Shown here one piece after another: positions 41,520-52,900 of a DNA stretch of 64,000 nucleotides. Within the stretch, counting starts at the first letter, position 1, and the number at the start of each line of letters is the position of its first letter. Position numbers and translations under genes: made by a program. The notes beneath the pieces are model-generated. The model ran no database searches and was not told the origin of the DNA. It saw only the letters and a program-made list of their open reading frames with translations. Source of the DNA: Ascidiella aspersa. Its lineage: Eukaryota. The stretch spans positions 13,640,001 to 13,704,000 of the forward strand of contig OZ004613.1 in the NCBI GenBank assembly GCA_963924565.1. The letters run 5' to 3'.

Positions 41520-44500
41520 CACTGTCATTCGATTAAACACCAAAATTAAACACCTGAAATGGGCGAAAATGTAACATGTTTAAAAATAAACGTGTTTAAA
41601 TTTCAGGTGTTTAGACGTTTTGCCGTTTATTCGGTCAGGTGTTTAGGGCTAGTATTCAGTGTTTCCAAATCAATTCCACAAAAATTTCATTAGGTAAACC
41701 AGTTTATTGTGCGAAAAAGGTGAAAAACAACACAAAAAGCTCAACACAGTTAAAGTTGAAAAAAAGGGTTAAACTTGGAAAGGAAAACTATACATTAAAA
41801 ATTGAAGTGCTCATATTAGAAATAAAAAGAGGTAGGAAAACAGAAAACAACAATGAAAGTGTTTATGCAAACAGAAATATGTATGCGACAAAAAATAAAA
41901 AAGAGAAAAAGTAAATAAAAACAACAAAAGATATATTTTTTTAATATTTATAAGTTCTATTCTTGGCGAATTTTCAAGGTTGGGTCTTTAGTAGGTTGTT
42001 TGAAACCAAATTGAGTAATAGTTCAAATTGTTTTTGCAAACAAAATGTGATAAAAAAACAGAAAAAGTAAAAAAAAAGCACAGAAAAAGGAGATATATTA
42101 CAAAGTTAAAACCTTTATTATAAGATTTATAATTGCTATGCTTGGCAAATTTTCAAGGTGGGGCCTTAAGTAGGTGGTTTAAAAACATATAAACACAGAG
42201 CAACAGGGTGGATAACTTAAATCCCGTGCATATTAACAGGCTCGAATATCAATGATATATAACTTAACAATTTGTTCAATAGGTGTTGTTCTTCCACAAA
42301 TTTAATGTCCATCCACTAATATACAAATGCAGAAATGCTGCTGTGCCGTACAAAGGTTTGCCTGTTAAAGGCCTTAAAGAGTTCTTCTTTAAGACGAGTT
42401 GATCATGGCTGCCTAAAAAATAAAATTTAGATCAATATAATATACTGCAATAATTAAATTATACACTGTCACTGAACAACTTTTTGTTCATTTGCTGTTA
42501 TTCACCAAAACCACTACATGCCATGTCATAAAACTATGTTTTAGTTTGTCACCTATCACTACAAAAGCATATTATTATGATGTGTTCTAGGTTTGGTGGC
42601 AATGTACTCTTTAAGCATAGCATTACAAAATGTATTAATTAATATTTATGTTACACTGTAACTTAATGACAGCACAATGATTACAAAATAAGTTCATTTT
42701 TATTTGTATTGATATTTCCATGACCCTCTAAAATTAAAAAAAAAAGGTTTAACCCTACTTTGAAAACCAATTGAACCATTAAATAATTTCAGATAAAAAG
42801 TAAAAATGTAGGCCAGAATATTGTATTGGCCATTATGTTCTATTAAAATAGTTGCTTAAACTAGTGATACACAATCTGACACAAAAAAGTCACCCATTAC
42901 TGGGACATGCAGACCAAACATTATACACAAGTTGTGTAACACAACACATATAAATTAAATATCTATTTAACTATGTATTTACAACAAATTTTAAAGTTCG
43001 ATAAAAGAACTTAAGAAGAAAATTTCAGTTTGTTTACCTTGTGTATCAATTTCAGTAGATCTGTACTCTTTTGTTGTTTTCCGCTTGAACTTTGTCACAG
43101 ACTTTTATTTTACCATCTTACACTGGATTTAAATTCCTGTAAATAAATAAAAACTATAATTATGTAAACTATATCATTTTATTAAAGGGTGAGTAGCATA
43201 CCAAAAGTACTACAGATTAAATTTTACATTTAAAGCTTGAATGTAATATTTAAACAATGGAAATCATAAATTAAAACTAAAAGACATATTAAAGTACTTC
43301 AGAAATTTTACAGAGATTAAAAAAAATTAATTTTCTGGCTGCTACTACCAAAATAAAAGCCAAAAGCGAATAAACTATATTAATGTAAAACATGTAAGTA
43401 AAATTTACTTACATTTTTAACCTAATCTCCTGTGAACCAAGTTTTTTTGAAGTGGAAAGAGCAAAAGTTTGCTGTCAATGATCTGCACCCTGAAACAAAG
43501 AAGTGTAATCTAAATACCTTTAATAATTATTAATTTAATAATACTTGATTGTTTAACAGAATAATTAAATTGCTACTTAGGAGTGGACAAGAAATAGCTT
43601 ACAAACCTGTTTCATTTAATCTCTTCATGTCTACATGTGTAAGCACCAAACTATTATGAAATAGTCTTTTAAAACTTTCATTGCTTTTGGATTTATGAAT
43701 GAAATACCTAAAACTCTGAAACAAAAATCCAATTTTAGGCATTTCGTTTTCCCCTGGAAAACTCCTTTTAACATACTTTTCACATCCTAGACCTGTCAGT
43801 CTTGCACAGCTAATGAAACATTATAACTACACATCTATCAAAAAGCAAACTAAAATAAGTAATATTTATATACATCACCACTATACACTTTAGTATTTGT
43901 TTACCATCAATCTTAGCAACTAAAAAGCCAAAAATACGCAAAAGCTTCTTTAACTGTAATATAACTTGAACGGTTCAAACTTTTTTCGGCATTTTGAAAT
44001 CCCGCGTTCGTCACAGCGTCAGACACTAGTGGATGCTTTGTAAATGTTCATCGGACCGAATCAATTTCAAATAATTTCAATCATGAATTTATCTATTGAA
44101 TGTACTTTATATGTACAATATGAAAGAAACTTGTTTTAAAATAAAACAAAATATACTATAAATAGTTAAAATATATCGTAAATCAAACATTTAATAAATA
44201 ATACTTACTATTCGTCATACGTTCTTGAAAAATATATCAGCTTCATGGCGATACAGCTTTGCCCTAGAAAAAATCCTTTCCAAAGATTGTTTTCGTCACG
44301 CGTATTTTATTGCTGGCGCAATTTAAGTAGGTCATGGCGGCGCAAGACCGCACAGCTTCGCTTTTTACTTGGGTGGTACAAAGTTATTCGCAAGCGACAT
44401 CAATGAAATCAAATATTGGATTTAATGGCATGTCAAGAACACAAACCCGTATTTTGATGAGTGTCGTTATATTTATAAAATGTAATGATGCCAAATAGGC

Positions 44501-44989
44501 CGAACAGATGTCAAGTTAGGAAACCAAAAATTAGGTCATTTTGTTTATTGTGTTCTGTTACGACAATACATGCTAACTTGTATGGTTGAATATTTGACAA
44601 AATTGATAGACGAACTCGTACATAAAACAACTGATCAGTGCTTTAAAGTACCAATACCCCTCATCAACATATTCCAACATAAATGGCTTGAGCTATTACT
44701 TAACAAGAATGTATCGAATTAAACATGTCTAACAATTGGCGTGTTAAAATTTGAAGTGTTTAATCGTAAACATGTTTAAATACGTCAATTGTGCTTAAAA
44801 TCTCCCAATAATCGTTGTTAAACACGTCAAAATATCAGGTGTTTAACATAAAATCGTTCAGGTGTTTATAATTTAAACACCAAAACTAAAATTAAACACG
44901 AAGGTGTTTAAATTAGGTGTTTTAGTGTTTAGATTTTAAACGTGCATAGACCGTTTTGGTGTTTAAATTAAAACACCGTTCTGACAGTG
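41520..44989. mobile_element. Non-autonomous CACTA/EnSpm (CMC)-type DNA transposon, 3470 bp
   Basis: Termini CACTGTCA ... TGACAGTG, flanked by TA on both sides (41518-19, 44990-91). Dense subterminal TTAAACAC(C)/GGTGTTTAA repeats in both orientations at both ends. AT-rich interior with no transposase ORF. Confidence 0.8.
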
Positions 44990-45532
44990 TAATAGAACTC
45001 ATAAGATGCCGCAAATTTCACTCTTTACATGGAAAATATTATTAAATAACATAACAAGAATTTGTTTTAGTAAAAATACAATAAAGACGTAAAACTCCCC
45101 TATTAAAGGTTCACATGCATGAGTGAGCATTATAATTAATGTAAAAAATAATAAAAAATTTGGGCAGCTATATAGCAAAAATGCCCCCATTAGTTACAGC
45201 TTTGCAATATATAGAGTAATTAGTAGCTTATACACGTGACGATTCTCTTTCCCGTTGCTTTTACAATGTCAGTCCAGTGGGGCACAAAACCACGGCACTA
45301 TTCATGCGACCCGAAGAGTAAACTCTATCGGTCCGGCATATGACCAAACGGAAAATAACATATGGTGTCGGATACAAATCATAACTAAATTTTGATAAAA
45401 TTCTAGAATTGAACGACAATTTCGTAAAGCTAACGATAATGTTTATGACTTTATTCAGTATATCGATCCTTATGAAGCAAGTTTTGGACTCCTTGATTCA
45501 GCGTTTTTTGTGACCAATATCACTTTGCCTAG

Positions 45533-46009
45533 TTAACTGATTTGGGAAAGCTTTCCTAAAAGTTCTGATGTGTATTGCTTATTTGGATTACAAATTGCAT
45601 TAACAAATTTTTCATTACTCGTAACAGAATTTGTTGAATACACTATGGGACGAAAAAGTGTCTCTGTTTCTATTAAAATGGTATTTAACAATTCATTAGG
45701 GAGCATGATGGGAGAACCGATAACCTTTTGTAAAGATCGATTACTTAGCATTACAAGCCAAATATCCAACCCTCAACGGGCCTTGAAATTTTTTTTTGGT
45801 ATTTCTTGAATAACGGTTCAAATGACATAATGAAAAACATGGTGGTTAAGGTCAATACTTCGGATTGTGTAACACTCTTCCCTGCCTAATAACGAATCAC
45901 TAGTGGGTATGTCAGAAGATGATATAACATCTTTAGCGGTTAACTCGTCATCGTTATAGGAGAAAATGTCGACGTATATGTTTTTACTTACATGTAAACA
46001 AAAGTTTAT
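45533..46009 (-). pseudogene. Decayed coding relic of unknown origin (~159 codons, two in-frame TGA)
   Basis: One reading frame with no TAA/TAG for ~158 codons in AT-rich DNA, interrupted only by two TGA codons; no recognisable domain. Confidence 0.3.
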
Positions 46010-46131
46010 TTAGGGTTGGAAAAACAGGGCAGGGGAAGTTAGACGGGGCACCCATCCTTAAAAACAATGTTTAGGTCACTTTGCTCAATTACATTCAACG
46101 CTAAACAAAGCACATATGAAGAAGGCAATAA

Positions 46132-46373
46132 CAAAATCGTCCAAGATTTCTACAATGGCATTGCCTTGATGAAGAACTATATCACAGTAGCGAAGTTAGA
46201 CAACCTTAATTAATAGTAAACGAAATTCGCTTTTGTTACACATATATTTTCAAGCACAAAATAAGCTCTTGTTTAAAGCTTATTGTGACAAAACCGAAGT
46301 GCTCGGACTAAGACGAGAATGAAAAACTCTGCTCTCATTTGAACAGGTGGGATATTAATCAAAACAATCACCG
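46132..46373 (+). repeat. Dispersed ~245-bp direct repeat, copy A
   Basis: Colinear with 49652-49904; shared blocks include GGCATTGCCTT, TGAAGAACTAT, CTCGGACTAAGACGAGA and TTTGAACAGGTGGGATATTAA. Confidence 0.88.
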
Positions 46374-46892
46374 AGTGTTTTTCTCAAAATTTATTTTGAT
46401 TTAATAACATTTTGAAGAACTTTTCGATTATTTAAAGTTAATTTCGCGCAATAAAAACTAATTAAAAACTATTGCTTAAAAGAAATTTGTTGTTTGAGAT
46501 TTTAGTTCAAATTCGTATAAGATGACATCACAAAGTTATTAGATCAGACAAAAAAAACTTGCGCTATACCGTTACCCAACCGTCTACGTATTTCGTTAAG
46601 CATCTTTAAGCACAATCGATATTCAGTTACCGCGCCTATAAAAATCGTGCGGTAACAGCGTAACAATTCTCAATAAACCAGGGTCACAGCTGCGTTACCT
46701 GTCTTGACACCACAACGAGGCTCTGTCGCAATAGAAAAGGGGTCAACAGTTGTGTGCGCAGATCCTAAACAAACACCAATCATCGCTGTCCGAAATTACA
46801 ACGGTCCGTTTAATTTGGACACGGAAGTTTGTGTTGATTCAGAACTGAGTTTACACAAGACCAGGGGGTTGGAACAAATTCGGCGAGAAATT

Positions 46893-46904
46893 AGAGAGAG
46901 AGAA

Positions 46905-46966
<62 letters not shown>

Positions 46967-47127
46967 GAGACCGAGAGAAAGAGGCAATAGGAAGATAAGA
47001 TACAGAGAGAAATAGGATGAGTTAAATAGAGAAAATAGTGGGAGTGAGTGAGAGGAAAGGAGAAGAGAATAGGAATAAGTAAGAGTAGATGGGAGGAACA
47101 AGAGAGACAGAAAGAGAAAGAAGGGGA
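46893..47127 (+). repeat. (GA)n microsatellite grading into a purine-rich tract
   Basis: Near-perfect AG repeat 46893-46961, followed by ~165 nt that is almost entirely A/G. Confidence 0.95.
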
Positions 47128-49651
47128 GCGTAACGGCGTGAAAGAAAATCGCGGCAATGATTTGAAGCTGTCAGTTAAAACCGAAAGCCACCTTGGCCGC
47201 TATGACCGCACCGTGGTTCCCAAGCTTTGGTGCCATCGGACAACTTGCCTTGCGCCCATTTGAGGTTTGCCTTATTCGGTCAAATCGAGCTCGGTGTCGC
47301 CTCGAAAGTCACTCCGTTCTGGCAGTGCGTCACCGCGAAGAAGCGCTTGCGTATTTTGGCACCGCGCGTACGCGTGCTTGACCCCGTTTCTATTGTTTCC
47401 CGCGCGGAAATAGAAACACTATTTTTCCCGCACTTAATCTGTCAGGGCCTTTTAGCAACACGTTACGGAGATTTTGAAAATAGTAGTATTGCAAATCATG
47501 CTTCTCGCAATATACCATTTCGGAAATACAGGAATCTGAAACTAGGCCTAAACAAACCTGCATGTTGAAAACTACAATTTAACTATTTTTCACTTGCATC
47601 TAATGCCAGTAATTTTTTTTTGTGAATAATTTGCGTGAAAACTATATTTTGTGACTAATTCACTTTAAAATTTAAGAGCAATATATAGTATGTATATTGT
47701 ATATACTCATCGAACAAAAAATAAATAAAATAAACTCTACCGTTTTGGCAATTTGCGCCAAACCACGCTGTCACCTTTACAACAAACTACATGTTTTCCC
47801 ATGTTTATTGACATTTAAACGCAAATGACTTAGGAGAAAATCACTTCGCAAGTACCAGGCCTGATTGATGACCGCGACTTTGCGCACAAGCCGCTTGTGC
47901 TGGAAACTGTTCGATTTTTATCTTTCGGTCAGCGCCGTCTTTGGCGTCTTGGGTGTTCTGGCCGGGGAAATATTTTTAGTCCCTTCGTAATTATTTACAA
48001 ATCACGTCCGTCAAAAGAGATGCCTTATTTTGAAAGCTGACTCGATCGCTTGAACGTCTCGTTACAGATTGCTATATTAGAATCGGGAAACGTTCGCTGA
48101 ACATTGTGTCTCGGTTGTATCCCGGTAGCCCTAATTAGTGTGGCTCCGTGGAGTTCGAAATGTTGTATCAGACACCATTATTTAATGCTCTCAGATATGG
48201 ATCTTAAATTATTTTAAACAAATATCGTAAGAAGTGACCTTCTAAAGATCTCGTTAAACGGCAATATGGTCCTTTGGTATAATCGATGCATTGGCGTAAA
48301 AACCTATTTTAAAAATCGCCATAATACATAAGTTGAAAAAAGGGTAAAAATTTACATGTAGAATTCAACTTGTGCCAAGTATTGTAAGTATAATCTAATA
48401 AATATTGCATAACACAAATAAAGATGTGTTTTCTCGAGATTGTCCCTTCAATAGGTTTCCTGTTGTGTTTGGATTTAGCCTACAAAATATAACATTTTCA
48501 TGAACGTGTGACTGCTGAAATTGGCAGTAATCAAGTCTGCGTAAGACGGACATCAAAATCCTTTAAAAAGAGGAATACTTCACCAATGAGCTAACAAAAA
48601 AGAACAAATAGGTAAAATAAATTGTAAAATTACATTATCTTCACACAAAATCTTTTCAACCCACATGATCCCGCCAGGATTTTTCGAATCGCAAAATCTC
48701 GACGCGGTGCGGCGTGTTTCTCACGGGGCGCGAAGGCGAAGATATTTGCCCATCAACGCATTCGTACACAGGAGCGGTTGCTCGCCTCTGCTTCTAAATG
48801 CATTCCTGGCAGCCGCGCGGTCGGTAAGGTTCGGTGCGTTTGGCAGAGATTATCAGGTGCTGTGCAAAACCGAGTCGACTTCGCAAGCCACCTGTGACTG
48901 ATATTAGCCACACCAGCACGAGCCGATAAGTTTATTGTTGTTTTCAGCAAAATAGAAGCATATCAGCAAATTAGAAGCTGGCATATGGCAAAAAAAGATT
49001 TTTATGTATGTGTTCAAGGGGTGAGGTCGCGGGCGGGTGTGCATAAAGAAATGAAGTGCCCCAGTGTGTTGAAGATGGCTCCTTCTGTCTTACTTATTTT
49101 GTCTTCATGGGAATTTACTTTGTTTAAGTTTAGGACGTCAAAGAGGTTTTTTGTTTTAGGTAAAGGTGTTTTGTTGTAAATAAAGTTTAAGCTAAAAGAC
49201 CCTTTGTGAAAATTTAATTGTGGCCTATATGGTTAACTTCATCTTTATCTACTTTGAGGTAACAGCCTCGAAATACAAGTTTAACCGAAATCAAATCTTC
49301 AACGCTACTAAAGCGACCAACGTGGCACAACGTTTAACGTCATAGAGTTAAACAACAATCGAAACCTTATATGTTCTTTACAACAGACTGCCGTCTTCTT
49401 GCGTATCAGACGAGACGGGTGGTTACGTGCACACGTGGTCTATTGCCAAAATAGTCGTGGTTCCCGTTTGACTGGGTTCAAGGGCAGAGGGTAACGCTCT
49501 TTCCCCATCATGGTCGCTTTCTTACGTCAAACGTCCACCGCACAAACGTGTGCAAAAATACGTTCAGCTTATCCCGTCTTCAAATTTAGCAACCGTAAGT
49601 AGCGAGGAATATTTTGGCAGATGTGTAATGTTCATCCAAGGACTCAGAAAC

Positions 49652-49904
49652 CAAAATCGTTAAAGATTATTACAAGGGCATTGCCTTTATGAAGAACTAT
49701 GTCACCGTAACGATGTTAGACAAACCTTAATTAATAGAAAAATACATTCGCTTTTCTTATATAAATACATAATATATTTTAAAGCAAAAAGAAGCTCTTG
49801 TTTATTGCTTATCGTGACAAGACTAAAGGACTCGGACTAAGACGAGACTGAACACTCTGCTTTCGTTTGAACAGGTGGGATATTAAATCAAAACTATATC
49901 ACCG
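49652..49904 (+). repeat. Dispersed ~250-bp direct repeat, copy B
   Basis: Diverged copy of 46132-46373 in the same orientation, 3.5 kb downstream. Confidence 0.88.
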
Positions 49905-52900
49905 CAAATTATCTCCAGATGCCAATTAAGCAACGGCATGAGTAAGGAATGTTGTCACACTTCGAAACCTAAAGGCTATATAATGGGGGCGTGTTTGGGG
50001 TGTTGTGGGCGGGGTGTTACCCTGGCTGAGTAGACCAATCGAGGAAGTGGGCGAGAATGAAATAACTTCGCGATTCGCTGGGCTTACCCAAGTAAGGCGG
50101 CACCTTATTCGCGTATTTTGCTGGGGCACTTTTGGTGCGAAGAAATCGGCGCGAATTCACACAAGTGATGGTTTCTTAATGAGTAAGAATGAACAAAACA
50201 ATTAAATTGGGAGAAAATACCAAGTTAAACAAACTGGTCATATACCGTAAAAAATGACATCCCTAAACGATCATATGTCAAGTAATTTAAACATTTAACT
50301 ATATTGTTGTTGGTTCACAATAATAAAGCATATTCACCAAAAAATAAATTAAAGGAAGTGCAGATAAGTATTGCACTTCATCAACAAGCTCAGTAGGGTT
50401 GTAAAGCTCAACATACCAGTTTAAATGGAGACAAATAAAATACCCCTTATTCAAAATGAAATACAAATGCTTCTCTATGCTAAAATTACGTGGACCGTGA
50501 TTGTTTTTATATAATACTCATTGTCAGTTATGTACAATTAAATTAAGCTTTTAACTAATTTGATCAGGCCGAAGTGAAAAAAAAACACCGAAAGCGGCTT
50601 ATTATTTTGGACAAAACTATTTTACGGTGATTCCATTTTCTTTTAACATTGTACCTAGAATAATATTTCTTTAAACCAAGTAATTTTATCGGTGGCCTTG
50701 CATGGTAGACTTACTTCGTGTGACATTCAACAAAGCTTGAACTCGACTTAAAAAAACACTAAAAATGAAACGAGGAATTGACCTTTTAATCTTAAAAAAC
50801 TTATAGCTAAATCCTTATTACTACTACACACCTACATTGATTAAGTACGGACAAAAGAAACCAGGCTTTAAAACGCAAGCGACGGCCGAAAAACGGAACA
50901 GCGCCAAGCCAAATTTCGGGCAGTCGGGCCTCCGTCATGCGAACTTGTTTACAGGTGAAATAAGGACTCGCGCTTTAATTGTGTTGTCCATTCCAAAGGC
51001 GTGATCGTTTCGTTTACGCCTATTGTTACGAAGGGCATTTTCGGCCTGAAGTCTGCGAGGAATAGCGTTGCTATCTACATTCGCCGACAGTAACATTTAC
51101 GGGTTCTCTCTACGCAAAGCGACAGAGCTGTGTAAATGCCAAAACGAGTTGACTTCTCGTTTATTACACATCTCCCGCTCGTCGTTGTAACTTTCCAGAC
51201 TGCAAAACAACCGACGTCTGTGATTGGTAAGTGGTGAATCTTTTACGGCCGTATTGTATCTAAGGGGGATGTTTTGCCGGTGGCTTGGCATTTAATGGTT
51301 GACTACCGCAAACGAAATGAAATCGGTTGTCAAAACTTGATTGGTAGAAATGTAATTAAACCAAGCGACAAAATAAAGTCGTTATCTTACACGACCTACT
51401 TTAAACTTTGTCCCATTTTTGTATTTCGTACGCAAAATACATCCGAACCAAAATATTGACCAATAACACGTGAAAGTAAGGAATTGTTTTACATAACAAG
51501 GCTTAAATTACGATCTGTTTCTCAATTCGGCCATATACACACCAAAAACGGTATATTTTAAGTGTCGAAGGGCAAAAACAAAAACGCATAGTGTTGTACA
51601 ATGCTCAATGGGTTCCCAGTAATCTCAAGGAAGCCCTTTGTTGTACGGATCTCGGTTTTTCATTGCAAATTTTCCAGCCATAAAATATAACCGGGATGTG
51701 AGTCGAAAAATCGGGAAACTATAAAACAAGAAATTGAGTGCTTAATGACCGAATTTTTACACGTTGACTAGAAAAAGGATGCTCCAGCGGTTTAACGTTC
51801 ACGCTTTCGAATCCCGACGCCATTAATGTTTTTAAAACCGGGATTATTAAAAATTTTAATGCTAGGTCAGGGCATTTAATGTTTTAGCAAAATGACATAT
51901 ACCGGTAATAAGACGTCAATTTATCGTACCAACATGCTGATCTAACTATAGATGACGGTTTACTTTTTACTACTTTACCTGACCGCGTGTAGCCCGTATA
52001 TAAACAAATAAAAAGAAATAAAGTTGTTTAAGATCTTTTTTAACCTTTGTGGTTCATTTAGATTTAAGCAGAACTGATGATGCCATTTTTTGCCGTAACT
52101 GCGGTGATCTGTGTTTTAAATAAGTTGTTTTAGATTTTGTTTAACCTTTGTGATTTTTGTTTAGATACAAAATCTTTTCAAAAACAAACGGAGCTTGACT
52201 CGACCGACAAATCGCATAATTCGTCGGTTTATAGGCACTTTTCCTGGTGCACTAATCTGAACTTGTTCAAAATTAAATTCTCAGCACCGGCGCGCTGATC
52301 AGTCATCAGACAAAATCACTTAATTGTATCAATTTGATTCAAACGATTTAATTCCCGGAATCAGACCAGTCGAAACACGCAATCACCTAAAAAAGGCACC
52401 GGAATATTGAATACAAATATGCGCGCCATACTAGGCCTTGGGCGTGAGGCCCGTGCTCAGAAACCACTTAAAGCTGTCATTTTCGGACTTAACGTTTTGT
52501 TTTTTACGTTCGCTCGCATACCCTAATAGGCTGTATCGCAAGACAGCAGCAAACACGTTCATTTTTTATTATTGATGACCAACCAACTAACTAAGTCATC
52601 TCCTTTAGGTACGTTTTGTCGTTTTGTCGGGGTGTGACCTTGTAAAGAACTTCGTGCAATGACGCCAACTTTGAAAAAATACCTTACATTACGTGATAGA
52701 TATGTTATTAGAAATTTTACGATAAGGCATATAGCTACAGGTACAAAACAAAGCTGTATGTGCTTCATTGATTCAGCTAGTTAAGTTCATTCTCCTTGAA
52801 AATAAAGCCTTCCTTGTTTAAGTTACCGAAAAGCTTAGGTTATAGACGCTCGGTTTCCTACAATAGGATTAATTGAAACTACAGCACTACACCTGTGTTG

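Noticed and set aside
46704-47263. ORFs with ERERER or LSLSLS runs
   Set aside because: Translations of the (GA)n microsatellite.
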